DNA of 64,000 nucleotides from a virus: positions 32,001 through 96,000 of the IMG/VR virus record IMGVR_UViG_3300008448_000014; one strand, written 5' to 3'. A program made the translations under genes and the position numbers. The notes under the pieces were generated by a model. It worked only from the letters and a program-made list of their open reading frames with translations, did no database searches and was not told the DNA's origin. Positions 39,918 through 51,700 of this stretch are shown piece after piece (the stretch's first letter is position 1; each line of letters starts with the position of its first letter).

Positions 39918-41060
39918 ATGGCAGATTTTTCTTTAACCACGCTCTTCGTAGTGCCAGCAGCCCAAACAGCTTTGTCTGGTAGTGCTACGCAAGACCTTGC
40001 TCCTGGAATCATAGGAGTTTATGACAACAACTATAGAGCTGTTCCAGCAGGTACAACAGCTTTTGATGCTAGTGTAGGACCTTATTTCTACATTGCACAA
40101 GGTAGAACTAATAACTATTTACAAGGGTCTAAAAGATCTGACAAAATTGCTGGTTGTAATCAAGCAGTTTCTTGTCAACCAAATGTATTTGAATGGTATA
40201 AAGTAGTTGGATGCCCTACGCCTGTAAACCAAATTACATTAGTGGATAACTTCACTGTACAATGTGGAGAAAGCATTACATTAACTTTACGTGCTCACTC
40301 TTCTTACATTGATACATTGTATTTCAATGGGTTTACACGTTCAGTAACAATCCAAGCTCCTTGTTGTGCTTGTGATGAAAATCCTTGTGATACTGTATCT
40401 CCTGAGATTATCATTGACTTGTTAATTGCAAAATTAACTCAACAAGCTCCTGGTATTAATCCTGATAACATTTCTTTTAACAACTTCTTTACCTTTACTA
40501 AAATAGGTACTACAGGTTTACAAATTGAAGGAAAAGCTTTAACTAAATATGGTCAACCATGTGATGTTGCTGCGTTCCCATTTGAGTATGATAGACTATG
40601 GTTTAACACATTTGTATATGCAGGTCCTGCTACAACAGCTGACTTTATTGTTGCTGATGCTTGTAACCTTGTTGCTGATGCAAATGTAGTTCAAACATCA
40701 AATTATGCTAGAGGTACTTCAGAAGAAATTATTCAATTAGAGAAAAATTTCTATAGCTACCAAACAGGTTTCTTGAAACATTTATATAGAATGGCTGGGT
40801 ACAACCAAGCATTTGAATCATTTGTTACTCCAGGTACAACTTATACAACTTACTACATTAGATTTAATGAGTATGGTAAAGGTCAGTATAACTTTGGTGA
40901 TTATATTACTATGGATTCTACTGTTATTATTGCTGTACCAACTACTAGTACTGCATTGATTGCTGATCTTGAAAATACATTAGTTCCTGCTTTAGGTGCT
41001 GTTGTGAGTGATGGTGCTGTATGTATTACTACTACTAGTACTACTACTGCTGCACTGTAA
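39918..41060 (+). CDS. Abundant virion protein (auxiliary capsid-like) with a Thr-rich C-terminus
   Basis: High-expression codon bias; followed by a terminator; position in the head module. Confidence 0.6.
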   Translation: MADFSLTTLFVVPAAQTALSGSATQDLAPGIIGVYDNNYRAVPAGTTAFDASVGPYFYIAQGRTNNYLQGSKRSDKIAGCNQAVSCQPNVFEWYKVVGCPTPVNQITLVDNFTVQCGESITLTLRAHSSYIDTLYFNGFTRSVTIQAPCCACDENPCDTVSPEIIIDLLIAKLTQQAPGINPDNISFNNFFTFTKIGTTGLQIEGKALTKYGQPCDVAAFPFEYDRLWFNTFVYAGPATTADFIVADACNLVADANVVQTSNYARGTSEEIIQLEKNFYSYQTGFLKHLYRMAGYNQAFESFVTPGTTYTTYYIRFNEYGKGQYNFGDYITMDSTVIIAVPTTSTALIADLENTLVPALGAVVSDGAVCITTTSTTTAAL

Positions 41061-41085
41061 TTAAAATAAAATTTAATACTTAATC

Positions 41086-41119
41086 AAGGGGAAGGAACAT
41101 CAATTCCTTTCCCTTTTTT
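41086..41119 (+). terminator. Intrinsic terminator
   Basis: aaggggaagga/tcctttccctt stem plus a T-run. Confidence 0.75.
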
Positions 41120-41135
41120 ATTAAAACTAAATGAC

Positions 41136-41699
41136 ATGCCAACATTAAAATTAGATTTTTTAGTAGTTCCTACATATAATACATTAACTCTTGGAGTTAT
41201 TGATTCTTCTATATACCCAACAAATCCACCTTCTGTAACTTCTCCTTTTATAGAAATTACACCACCTGGTTTTGATAAAATAGGAATTGTATTTAATGTT
41301 GATGAATATAATATTTTTACATCAGCAAATTTAGGAATATCACCAGTAGGTGTTAATCAACCTTTACCTGATGGTATATACCATATAAAATATTCTGTTA
41401 CTCCTGCATTTACTAATTTTGTAGAAAAATCTATTATACGTACAGATAAATTACAAGAAAAGTTTGATGAAGCTTTTATGAAGTTAGATATGATGGAATG
41501 TGATAGAGCTATTAAAACTCAAAGTAAAGTTGAATTGGATTCAATATATTATTTTATTCAAGGAGCTATTGCTGCAGCTAATAATTGTGCAATAGTACAA
41601 TCAACAAAACTATATAACCAAGCAGAGAAAATGTTAAATCATTTTATGAAAAATGATTGTGGATGTTCAGGAAATAACTATATAATTAATTTTCCATAG
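41136..41699 (+). CDS. Virion/tail protein
   Basis: LPDGIYHIKYSV beta domain followed by a helical C-terminus ending CGC. Confidence 0.6.
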   Translation: MPTLKLDFLVVPTYNTLTLGVIDSSIYPTNPPSVTSPFIEITPPGFDKIGIVFNVDEYNIFTSANLGISPVGVNQPLPDGIYHIKYSVTPAFTNFVEKSIIRTDKLQEKFDEAFMKLDMMECDRAIKTQSKVELDSIYYFIQGAIAAANNCAIVQSTKLYNQAEKMLNHFMKNDCGCSGNNYIINFP

Positions 41700-41701
41700 A
41701 T

Positions 41702-41833
41702 ATGGCAAACTGTAGACAATGTGGTATCAACGTAGGTTGTGGCTGCAATTTAATAAATGGATTATGTGCTTCTTGTAATGCACTATCAAAAACTATTAAA
41801 AACTTTATAACATCATGCTTACACCCAGATTAA
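41702..41833 (+). CDS. 43-aa Cys-rich microprotein (not in the ORF track)
   Basis: MANCRQCGINVGCGCNLINGLCASCNALSKTIKNFITSCLHPD*; starts 2 nt after the upstream stop. Confidence 0.7.
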   Translation: MANCRQCGINVGCGCNLINGLCASCNALSKTIKNFITSCLHPD

Positions 41834-42081
41834 CAAATTGTCCAGAATGTGCTGATATACCAACTTTAATTGCAGAGATTGATTGTAAAATAGCAGATAT
41901 AAGTAATGCTTTATATAACAACGTTGTATTTATGTTGAATAAACCATTTGCTTCTGAAACCATATCAGATCTTTTAAAGTATAGAAGAATATTAACTTTT
42001 AAAGTTTGTAATCCAAATTATGCTGGGCATTATTCTGTAAATATGATTTCAAATAAAATCAACCTTTTAAAATTTAAATAA
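41815..42081 (+). CDS. Small tail-region protein
   Basis: ORF track; coupled to the tail fibre gene. Confidence 0.7.
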   Translation: MLTPRLTNCPECADIPTLIAEIDCKIADISNALYNNVVFMLNKPFASETISDLLKYRRILTFKVCNPNYAGHYSVNMISNKINLLKFK

Positions 42082-43202
42082 TGAGTTGCAATAATTGCTT
42101 TAATGGATGTACTGAAACTGTATCAGATCAGTGCGTAAAATATACAGGAAATGATATTCCTGCTTTGGGTATTCTACATGGTGATACTTTACTATCTGTA
42201 GAAAATGCCATAACATCTTTTTTGACTACAATACTTACAGGAGAGAGTATTACACCTATTATTGATCCAAGTATTATTTGTGAATTAGTTAGTTCTAATT
42301 TACCAAATTGTACTGAGTGTGATGGTATATCTTTAAATGATATTATCACTGCACTTATTAAATCAACATGTAGTTTACAAGCTCAAGTCACTGTAATAAA
42401 CCAAACATTAACAACATTAAATTCTCCATATACAGTAGGATGTTTAACAGGTATTGCAAACACTTCTGATACACATGAAGTGTTACAAACTGTTATAACA
42501 AAATTATGTGCAGTTAGCTCAGACCTATCTGCGTTAATTACTAATATTGATGTAAACTATTCTAGTAATGGTGCTGAATTAAATGCACAAATTGCAAACT
42601 ATTTAAGTTCTGTACCAGGAGCAAACTTTGTATATAACAAAATGGTTCCATATTCTATAGTTGCTTTTTATCCAACTCCAGCATTTTTAGCTGGTAAATT
42701 TAGTTCTACAGGAGCTGGTTTAGGAGATTGGCAAAAAATATATTTATGTAATGGACAAAACAATACACCTGATTTAAGAGGAATAACACTTGTAGGTGCT
42801 AATTCTATGGGAACAAATGCTTACACTAATCCTGCAACAAATCCAGCAGTTTCTGGTAATCCAACATATTCTCAAGGTACGTTTCAAGGTGCTAATACAG
42901 TTACATTAGGAATATCACAAATTCCTAATCATACACACCTTAATACTGTTAATACTGTTTTAACTGATCCTGGACATACTCATGCAATATTAGGTTCCAC
43001 TACTACTTCAGGGGGTAGCGGAAATTTTGCTGTTAATAATGTAAATAATACTGGAGTATCATTTAACACACAAAGTAGTGGAGTTAATGGTACAGGAATT
43101 ACAGCAACAACAACAATTACAAATGCTGCACAAGGAGGAGGAGAAGCTCATTCTAATATTCAACCTAGTATAGGAGTAAATTATATAATGTATATACCTT
43201 AA
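42081..43202 (+). CDS. Tail fibre with collar domain
   Basis: YLCNGQNNTPDLRG, HTH (His-x-His) repeats, GEAHSNIQPS..VNYIMY. Confidence 0.8.
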   Translation: MSCNNCFNGCTETVSDQCVKYTGNDIPALGILHGDTLLSVENAITSFLTTILTGESITPIIDPSIICELVSSNLPNCTECDGISLNDIITALIKSTCSLQAQVTVINQTLTTLNSPYTVGCLTGIANTSDTHEVLQTVITKLCAVSSDLSALITNIDVNYSSNGAELNAQIANYLSSVPGANFVYNKMVPYSIVAFYPTPAFLAGKFSSTGAGLGDWQKIYLCNGQNNTPDLRGITLVGANSMGTNAYTNPATNPAVSGNPTYSQGTFQGANTVTLGISQIPNHTHLNTVNTVLTDPGHTHAILGSTTTSGGSGNFAVNNVNNTGVSFNTQSSGVNGTGITATTTITNAAQGGGEAHSNIQPSIGVNYIMYIP

Positions 43203-43206
43203 AAAT

Positions 43207-44313
43207 ATGTGGTCATTCCTACCAAAAAAATGTGATTGTGCTGAAACTCCAACAAATCCTGCAACACCTTGTAATGAAAATTTACAAGTGGCTAGTGATT
43301 ATGTTTATAATGGAGAAGATTTATCTTGTATAGGAGTAAACCAAGGAGATGATTTAACAACTGCTTTACAAAAAATAGATTACTATTTATGTAGTAGAGA
43401 ATTTACAGAATATTTTTTAACTTATGTAGAAAATAATATAGTATTATTTACTGAGTTTATAGAATTAGTTAATGGTGTTATTAATTGTGAAACTATACAA
43501 GCTTGTGGACCATCGACTACAACTACTACATCTTCTTCTACATCTACATCATCTACTACTACTACAACCACTACATTAGCATGTAATTGTATTGAAGTGT
43601 TTGCTACTAATGGAGATGAAGTAAATTATACAGATTGTAACGATTTAAAACAAATAGAGTTATTTGCAGGATCTCCGTCTACTATTCCTCCTTATGTTGG
43701 GGCTAATTCTAAACTATATTGTGCAAAATCTGTAATTGTGTTTGGTTCTTTCTTTACTGTAAATCATGGTTTATGTGAATTAGGTAGTTATTGTAATCCT
43801 ATTACAACAACCACCACCACTACATTAACACCTACAACTACAACTACTAGTTCTAGTTCTACAACTACAACAACAAGCACTAGTTCAAGTACAACAACTA
43901 CAACTACAACAATTAATCCTGATTTATTTCCTTTAAGTGGCGAATGGTTAATAAATAGTGTTAATAGTAATGTAAATATTAATAGTATAAATAATTTAAG
44001 TGGTAGCTCTGTAAGTTGTGTAAATGCTTTATGTAATTTTCCTATTAATGCAAGTAGTGGTACTTATGCAGCAACTCCACCAACATCTGATGGATTTACA
44101 CCTATTATTACATCACTTATCACAACATTAACTTTAAATTTAAGTTGGGGTACAGTAATTCCTGGAGCTACATATTATTTTGAAATATATGTAAATGGGG
44201 TATTAATAACACCAGTAAATGACACTTTTTATGGTACACCTGTTGTAACATTAAATATACCTTTAGTAACAGGTAATGAAGATGTATCAATTGTGTTTAA
44301 TGGTACAGTTTAA
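43207..44313 (+). CDS. Fibre-like virion protein with poly-Thr/Ser linkers
   Basis: YVYNGEDLSCIGVNQGDDLT N-domain, also found in 42081 and 44338; long T/S tracts. Confidence 0.7.
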   Translation: MWSFLPKKCDCAETPTNPATPCNENLQVASDYVYNGEDLSCIGVNQGDDLTTALQKIDYYLCSREFTEYFLTYVENNIVLFTEFIELVNGVINCETIQACGPSTTTTTSSSTSTSSTTTTTTTLACNCIEVFATNGDEVNYTDCNDLKQIELFAGSPSTIPPYVGANSKLYCAKSVIVFGSFFTVNHGLCELGSYCNPITTTTTTTLTPTTTTTSSSSTTTTTSTSSSTTTTTTTINPDLFPLSGEWLINSVNSNVNINSINNLSGSSVSCVNALCNFPINASSGTYAATPPTSDGFTPIITSLITTLTLNLSWGTVIPGATYYFEIYVNGVLITPVNDTFYGTPVVTLNIPLVTGNEDVSIVFNGTV

Positions 44314-44337
44314 ACTAATAAAATAATAATAAAAAAT

Positions 44338-44934
44338 ATGTGCACAAATAATTCAAATTGTAATTGTACTGACAATACATGTGGATGTAAAACATCTACA
44401 GATGAAGTAGTATACCAAGGACCACCACTATCTTGTGTTGGTATAAATAATTGTGATACTATGACTGATGTATTACAACAATTAAATTCTTATATATGTA
44501 GTGAAGAATTAGTAACTATTATTATAAATAACATTATAAATAATGTAGAGTTATATCAACAATTTACAACTATAGTAAATAACAGTGTAGATTGTAATAC
44601 TGTATGGGGCTGTGAAACCACATCTACAACTACAACAGGTATACCTACGACTACTACTACAACAACAATTCCTTTATTAATTGAATTAAAAATAAGTCCT
44701 ACAAGTGCTGGTGATGACACAGATACATGTTTACTAGACACTGATAACCCAGTTTTTATATCAATGGTAATTCCTCCAACTTTACAAATTGGTGATACAT
44801 TATATACAGATAATTTAGGAATAATTCCTTTTATAGGTGGACTTAAATGGTGGAAAATTGCTCAAGGAGTTAATAGATATTCTTGTCAAGTTTCTGATAC
44901 TGGAGAAATATTAACTAAATTTGTTTGTGTATAA
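44338..44934 (+). CDS. Fibre-like virion protein with a poly-Thr linker
   Basis: VVYQGPPLSCVGINNCDTMT N-domain; TTSTTTTGIPTTTTTTT. Confidence 0.7.
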   Translation: MCTNNSNCNCTDNTCGCKTSTDEVVYQGPPLSCVGINNCDTMTDVLQQLNSYICSEELVTIIINNIINNVELYQQFTTIVNNSVDCNTVWGCETTSTTTTGIPTTTTTTTIPLLIELKISPTSAGDDTDTCLLDTDNPVFISMVIPPTLQIGDTLYTDNLGIIPFIGGLKWWKIAQGVNRYSCQVSDTGEILTKFVCV

Positions 44935-44950
44935 TTTAATATAAAAAAAT

Positions 44951-45205
44951 ATGACAGTATTAATAACATTAACAACAGCAGGATCTGATTCAGGACCATT
45001 TGATTTATATTCAAATTTAGATGGGTATACATCAGCATTTGAGTCAGGAGTTTCTAAAGCAGCATTACTTGCAGGATATTCTTCTGCACTTGTACCTGAT
45101 TATACAACAACTATTAGAGTTAAATCTAATGGGGTATTATGTACAAATTATGTAGATATAAATGTAGCTCTTTTACCTACAACCACTACAACTACTACGA
45201 TATAA
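44951..45205 (+). CDS. Small beta-domain protein ending in poly-Thr
   Basis: ITLTTAGSDSGPFDL...PTTTTTTTI; homologous to the N-terminus of ORF 54542. Confidence 0.75.
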   Translation: MTVLITLTTAGSDSGPFDLYSNLDGYTSAFESGVSKAALLAGYSSALVPDYTTTIRVKSNGVLCTNYVDINVALLPTTTTTTTI

Positions 45206-45240
45206 AAAAAAAAACAAAGTTTGTTGGTTTTCTTAGTTTT

Positions 45241-45268
45241 CTCCTTAAGATTTTCTTGAGGAGTTTTT
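45241..45268 (+). terminator. Intrinsic terminator
   Basis: ctccttaaga/tcttgaggag stem plus T5. Confidence 0.75.
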
Positions 45269-45375
45269 ATTTATAACTATTTTAGTTATAAAGAATTACC
45301 TTAGTAATTAAAAATATTTGTAATATTTAAAAAGTATTTTTTATCTTTACCTAGTTTTAACTAATATAAACACAT

Positions 45376-46596
45376 ATGTTTAATAATGAACATTTATTAC
45401 AAAGATTAGAAGGTTTATTATCTAGGAAAAAAAGTAAGAAATTCTATGCCAATATGCTAGGAGTTACTGAAAAAGATATAAATGATTTACTTATACAATT
45501 AAAAGGAGGAAAAACACCAAGAGTTAATATAGTAAAAGAAGAAACTACATCTAAAACTACAAAAGTTAACAATGAAAAAGGAACTATTGAAAGTGTTATA
45601 GTTGCAAATTTTGAACCTAAGAATGATATTGAATTAGCTAAATTACATAAAATTGATTTAACTAAATATGTAATTGTAAACTATTGGTCTAAGCTTCTTC
45701 CTAATGGTAAATTTACTTCTTCTTGTTTTAGTAAAAGAAAACAACCTGAAGATTATTCTCAAGAAGATTTTGTAAAGTTTTTAGAAGCATATATACCAAA
45801 AGAAATAACAATTAATTTTAATAAATCTTCTGATAACAAAGAAGATGTAGATTTGGAAATATCCATAGCAGATTTTCATTTAGCTAAAAAAACTTTAGAA
45901 GGAGAAACTATACAAGACAAAAAACAACAGTTTATATATGTTGTCATGGAATTGTTAGAAAAAGCAACAGCTTCTTTTAATATTAAAACTATTGTTTTTC
46001 CTATATCAAATGATTTTTTTCATACAGATAATTATCAAAATCAAACTACAAATGGTACACCACAAGATGTTCTTACAGGGTATGATAATGAGTATGAAGA
46101 AGGGTTTGATTTATTAGTTACAGCAATATCGTTATTAAATGTTTATGCAGATGATGTTGAAGTTATATTAGTACAAGGTAATCATGATAGGACTAAATCA
46201 TTTTATTTGGCACATGCTTTGGAAGTGTTTTTTTCAAATAAATCTAGTATTAGATTTCAAAGAGAACATTCAACAACAAAAGTTACATTATTAGGAAATA
46301 CATTTATTGGGTATCATCATGGTAATTGTAAAATAGAAGATTTGCCTTTAGTATTTGCTACAGGAAAACATAGTGAAGCTTTTGGCTGTTCTAAATACAG
46401 AGAAGTACACACAGGAGATAAACATCATTATATGGCTAAAGAAGTCAAAGGTGTTAGAATTCAACAGATGCCAAGTTTGTCAGGTACAGATAGATGGCAT
46501 TTAGATAATAATTATATACATAATATAAGAGCTGGAATAGCTACAGTGTATCATCCTGTTAAAGGACGCATTGCAGAATTTGAGAGTAGAATATAA
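45376..46596 (+). CDS. Calcineurin-like metallophosphoesterase/nuclease with an N-terminal HTH
   Basis: ADFH, NDFFH, QGNHD, YHHG, GDKHH; has its own candidate promoter (TTTG 45317, TATCTTTA 45342). Confidence 0.8.
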   Translation: MFNNEHLLQRLEGLLSRKKSKKFYANMLGVTEKDINDLLIQLKGGKTPRVNIVKEETTSKTTKVNNEKGTIESVIVANFEPKNDIELAKLHKIDLTKYVIVNYWSKLLPNGKFTSSCFSKRKQPEDYSQEDFVKFLEAYIPKEITINFNKSSDNKEDVDLEISIADFHLAKKTLEGETIQDKKQQFIYVVMELLEKATASFNIKTIVFPISNDFFHTDNYQNQTTNGTPQDVLTGYDNEYEEGFDLLVTAISLLNVYADDVEVILVQGNHDRTKSFYLAHALEVFFSNKSSIRFQREHSTTKVTLLGNTFIGYHHGNCKIEDLPLVFATGKHSEAFGCSKYREVHTGDKHHYMAKEVKGVRIQQMPSLSGTDRWHLDNNYIHNIRAGIATVYHPVKGRIAEFESRI

Positions 46597-46601
46597 ATAA
46601 T

Positions 46602-47327
46602 ATGGCAACAGGACGTAAATTAGTAAGTGATGTTAGAAGTATGCACAAAATACTATCTACAGATTCTTTAATCACAGATAGAGCTATTCTTTCTGAGATT
46701 AGGATAAACACTAACCTTTTGGTTAAAAGAGAAACAAATCTTAGAAAACTTTGGGCAACTGATACATTGTTTACTACAATTCCTTGTTTAGAAATGTGTG
46801 AAGTTCCTATTTCTGAATGTTGTGATTATGTAGATGAATGTACAATTGCTAGAAGTAAAGAAAAATTACCACGTATATCAGAAGGAAATTACCAATATGT
46901 AATACAAGGAGTTTATTCAATTAATGCTTTGAGTGGTAAAGGAGTTAAATTAAAAGAAATAACTGTTAACAGATATGTTAATCTTTTAAAACTTCCTATT
47001 ATAAAAAAAGAAGCTTATTATTGGATTGCAAATGGTTATTTATATATTAGTAATCCATTATTACAATCTATTAGATTTGTAGCTTTGTTTGAAGAAGATA
47101 TTCCTAATGATTTATTATATCCAGAATGTGATTGTGGAAAAGAATATACTCTTGAAGAGTTATGTATCAATCCTCTTGATAAGGAGTTTCCTTTACCTGG
47201 TTACTTAGAACAACAAGTGTTACAACTTACATCTCAGAAATTATTATCTACATATTTTAGACTTAAAACTGATATGGCTGATCAAGGAATAGATGGACAA
47301 GCACCTAATACAACACCAACAGCTTAA
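46602..47327 (+). CDS. Tail ring/connector protein
   Basis: Position in the tail module; YYWIANGYLYI...ALFEE...EFPLP pattern. Confidence 0.55.
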   Translation: MATGRKLVSDVRSMHKILSTDSLITDRAILSEIRINTNLLVKRETNLRKLWATDTLFTTIPCLEMCEVPISECCDYVDECTIARSKEKLPRISEGNYQYVIQGVYSINALSGKGVKLKEITVNRYVNLLKLPIIKKEAYYWIANGYLYISNPLLQSIRFVALFEEDIPNDLLYPECDCGKEYTLEELCINPLDKEFPLPGYLEQQVLQLTSQKLLSTYFRLKTDMADQGIDGQAPNTTPTA

Positions 47328-47330
47328 TAT

Positions 47331-47816
47331 ATGAGAGTAAAAGTTGAATGGAGGAGTGCTAGTAAAGAAAATTATAAAGATTTTTGTAAGAAGCATATAG
47401 ACGTAGATTTAACTTATGTTGAATGGAAAAACATAATCTATCAATTTAATGAAGCTTTTAGAATACATATATTAGAGACAGGTGATAAAGTAAAACTTCC
47501 ATTTGGTTTTGGAGAGTTTTCAATAGTAAAAAAGAAAAGAAGAAAAGTAAAAGGTGTGGATGGAAAAGAATTTATAAATCTTCCAGTTGATTGGCAAAAG
47601 ACTAAAGAAAAAGGAAAGATTATATATAACTTTAATTACCACACAGAAGGATTCTTTTTTGGGTGGAATTGGTTTAAACTAACTTCTAGATTTAAACATT
47701 CTACTTTATGGTTTTTTAAACCTTCTAGAACAACATCAAGACTTTTGTCTCACTATCTTAAAACTGACAATAAATATCAACATATTTATCGTGAGTGGAA
47801 TTTAAAACAAATATAA
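47331..47816 (+). CDS. IHF/HU-like basic protein
   Basis: ILETGDKVKLPFGFGEFSIVK, VDWQKT. Confidence 0.6.
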   Translation: MRVKVEWRSASKENYKDFCKKHIDVDLTYVEWKNIIYQFNEAFRIHILETGDKVKLPFGFGEFSIVKKKRRKVKGVDGKEFINLPVDWQKTKEKGKIIYNFNYHTEGFFFGWNWFKLTSRFKHSTLWFFKPSRTTSRLLSHYLKTDNKYQHIYREWNLKQI

Positions 47817-47817
47817 A

Positions 47818-48759
47818 ATGAGTTACTATTATAGATATAATTTTGTTAGTCCAGATCCTGTTTTTGCAATAGTAAAAGAGGAACTTAAAAGTTACTTTGA
47901 TACAGGTGCAATAGATGATTTATTGTTTCCTACATACTTAGATAAATGTTTACAGAAATTAGGAAGATCTTCTTATATAATTACAACAACAGTATTACAT
48001 ATAGAGAATTATGAAGCAAGACTTCCTGATAACTTTTTTGCTGTAAGAGAAGCTTGGATGTGTTCTGAGATTCCTTTAACATCTTATCAAGATGCTAATT
48101 CATTTTATTCTCAAGCAGAATCTTCTACAACAATACAAGTAAGTCCATTAACTATTGGAGGAACACCTTGTAATAATACACAATGTCAAAATCCACAATG
48201 TGATGGTACATGTATGCCTGAACTTATTCAAGCAGTGTATAAAACAAACCACACTACTCCAAGAGCATATAGAAGAAACTTTCTATTAAAACCAGGTAAT
48301 ATATCTAATGATCAAAATTGTAATTTAGAATATAATAGAGAATATATACCTCATTCATCATCATTAGATTCTTTTGATATACGTGATAATAAATTTGTTA
48401 CAAACTTTAAACAAGGTGTTGTACATCTTCTTATGTATGCTACAGAATATGATGAAATAGGAAATCAAATGATTCCAGATAATTATCGTATAAGAGAATA
48501 CATAGAAGCTTTTATTAAATTTAAAGTGTTTGAAACATTATTTAATCAAATTAATGATGAAACATTTAATCAAATTGAAAAAAAATTAATGATGTATAAA
48601 CAAATGTCTGATGAGGCATTCATTATGGCAAGCATTGAAATTAAAAAACAAGACTCTTGGGCTAAACAAAGAAGAGTTGAAAAAGATTTAAATAGATTTA
48701 ATATGTATGAATTACCAAGATCTAATTATAGTAGATATGGTAGACGTAGAAATAATTAA
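47818..48759 (+). CDS. Tail ring/connector protein
   Basis: HIENYEARLPDNF, TNFKQG.V.L.Y, D..G..MIPD; position before the muzzle gene. Confidence 0.55.
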   Translation: MSYYYRYNFVSPDPVFAIVKEELKSYFDTGAIDDLLFPTYLDKCLQKLGRSSYIITTTVLHIENYEARLPDNFFAVREAWMCSEIPLTSYQDANSFYSQAESSTTIQVSPLTIGGTPCNNTQCQNPQCDGTCMPELIQAVYKTNHTTPRAYRRNFLLKPGNISNDQNCNLEYNREYIPHSSSLDSFDIRDNKFVTNFKQGVVHLLMYATEYDEIGNQMIPDNYRIREYIEAFIKFKVFETLFNQINDETFNQIEKKLMMYKQMSDEAFIMASIEIKKQDSWAKQRRVEKDLNRFNMYELPRSNYSRYGRRRNN

Positions 48760-48761
48760 TC

Positions 48762-51700
48762 ATGGCAGATAATACTCAAGAACAAGGGAATATTAGAAAT
48801 GAATTTAATCAAGCTTCTGCAGGGATGAATATGGATAATGCCATAAATCAAATTCCTAAAGGTCAGCTTACATATGCATTAAATGCAGCATTAGAAAATT
48901 TTGATTCTAATTCAACTAGTTATCAAAATGAACAAGGTAATGAATTTTGTTTACAATTTCCTGCAAATTTTTTATTAATAGGTACTCATTTTATTCCTGA
49001 AAAAAATAAACATTTATTTTTTATTACCAACCCTACTACAGAAGAATCTGAAATAGGATATATGGACAATAATGATTGTGTATATCGTACACTAGTTAAC
49101 GCAGCATGTTTAAATTTTAAAATACAACATCCTATTCATAAAGTTGTACATAAAATTACAAATTGTCAAACAGAAATATATTGGACTGATGGATTTAATC
49201 CTAGGAGATATTTAGATATTGAAAATATTCCATATAAATTATCTGATGGTTCTACATTTTGTGATCCTATAGAAAGTAATCAATTAGATTGTAATCAATT
49301 AAAGTTACAACCTGATTTTAATATTCCTGGTTTAGCTGTTGTTGATGTTATTACAGGAGGAAATTTAACTGCAGGTACATTACAGTTTGCTGTACAATAT
49401 TGTGATGCTCAAGGTAATCCATATACATCATATTATTCTGTTACTAATCCTACACCTATTGCAGACACTTTTTTAACCACTGTTAATTTTAATTATCCAG
49501 TAGGTAAATCTGTAATTGTAGAAGTTAGTAATTTAGATACTACAGGACAATTTCAATATTATAATTTAGCTGTAATTAAAACAGTTAATAATGTAACATC
49601 TGTTGAATTAGCAGGAACATATTTTATTGATAACTCAGTAATACAAATAACATATACAGGACAGATTGTAGATAATATAAGACTTTCTATAAATGATATA
49701 TTTGAAAAACAACCTTACTATGAAATTGCAGAAGATTTAACAGCTGTACAAGATGTTCTTGTATGGGGTGGACTTGTTTCTATAGATAGAATAAACTATC
49801 AATCTATTGCTAATCAAATTTTATTACAATGGGAAACATATAAAATTCCTGCTACAGAAAATTATGCTGATGAATTAAATGCTACAAACTTACGTGGATA
49901 TTTACGTGATGAGGTATATGCATTTGAAATTGTGTTCTTATTAAGAAATGGAAAACAAACAGATGGTTTTCATATACCTGGAAGAGCTGCTACATTATTA
50001 GATCTTACACCTGTAGATAATACTAATAATGATTTTATAGGAGAACCTGATCCTAATACCACAACTAGTCCTTATTGGAAAATATATAACACAGCTTCTG
50101 TAGTTGGTTCTTCTACAGGTTTACCTATTGGTAATGCTACACCATATCAATATGGTGATTTTGCTTATTGGGAGTCTACAGAAGAATACCCTTGTAATAC
50201 AGAAGTGTGGGGAGAACTTGCTGGTCAAAAAATTAGACATCATAAATTTCCAGATGTTCTTGTAAGTCCTATATATGAATCTGCTTTATTGACAGGTACA
50301 GGTCTTTATAATATGGTGATGCAAAATGATGCAGTATATCCTATTGGAGTAAAGATTGACACAGATCAAATACAATCATTAATATCTTCATCTGATTTAA
50401 CAGATTCTCAAAAAGAAGATATAGTTGGGTATAAAATAGTAAGAGGAGATAGAAGTACAAATAAATCTATTGTAGCAAAAGGAATGTTACGTAATGTAGG
50501 TAAATATACAAGAGAGAATGAAGATTTTATATATCCTAACTACCCATATAATGATTTAGGGGAAGACCCTTTTATTTTAGAAAATAATAATGCATATTCT
50601 TTAATATGTGAAACATGGTTATTATATATAAGATTTTTAAATCCAGACCCTAATGGTGGTCCTGATTTTGTAGAAATAGAATATACAGATTGTAATACAA
50701 ATAAAAGAACTAAACAAAAATTTACAACAATAGGAGAAATAGAAATTTGTTCTATAAGTAAACCTATATTTATAGGAAATACAAAAGGACCTCTTGTTAC
50801 TGTACCTTTTAATAGATATTTATATAATGAAGTTGGTTATGCTAATTATGATACATATGAATTAAGATCTGTAGGACTATGTAGAGGATGGAGAGCTGTA
50901 TGGAATGATACTATTGCTGGTCCAAATACAACAGAATATTTACAAGGTTGGGGTTCTTGGGAGGGAAATAGATCTCTTACAGTTAATGTTGTAGTAGGTA
51001 GTGTTCCTGGCTGTATAGAGTTTTGTGATCGTTGTGGTAGAAGTATAGAATTTAGAGGTGGAAGAAGATCTACAAAAAATTGTAAAGATCCAGGACCACT
51101 ACAAAGTATTAGTGGAGAGGATTCTTTAAAATATAGACAAATATTTAATTCACCTGAAACTTCTTTTGGTCAACCATTTTTAGGAAATGTTCTAAAGCTT
51201 GAACAAGTTATGTATGGTGCGGGTAAATCTCATTTTGTTGAAGTAAAAAATAATGCTAAATACAGACTTTTAACTTATGAAGCACAGCTTGATGCATTAA
51301 ATAGCTCAAGAGATGTTGCGGGTATAACAGCTAGTTTTAATGTAGGAGCAATGTTTGCTGTTTACCAATCTTACTTAACTATATATATAAATGGTATAAC
51401 AAGAAAGAATTATGCTTATTCATTTAACTCTAGAGCTAACTATGATTATAGTGTATCTATTCCTAATAACCAGGGAATTAAACAAAGAGAAATTGATGTA
51501 GCTAGATATTTAATTCCTGTTGTACAAAATGTTGGAGATAAAATAGGAATTAAAGACGTTAATATAAATAATTATCAAAGAGAAACCTCTGTTTACATAA
51601 AAACAAAAGGATCTGATAATAGTATACCTGCACTACCTTTTCCTAGTGACAGTCCTAATATGAGTGTTACAGGTATAAAAGATTACTCTAGATTTACTAT

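Noticed and set aside
43510-43915. ACA/ACT repeat tracts as a CRISPR array, VNTR or DGR repeat
   Set aside because: They are in-frame poly-Thr/Ser codons with no repeat-spacer pattern, and no reverse transcriptase or template/variable repeat pair is present.
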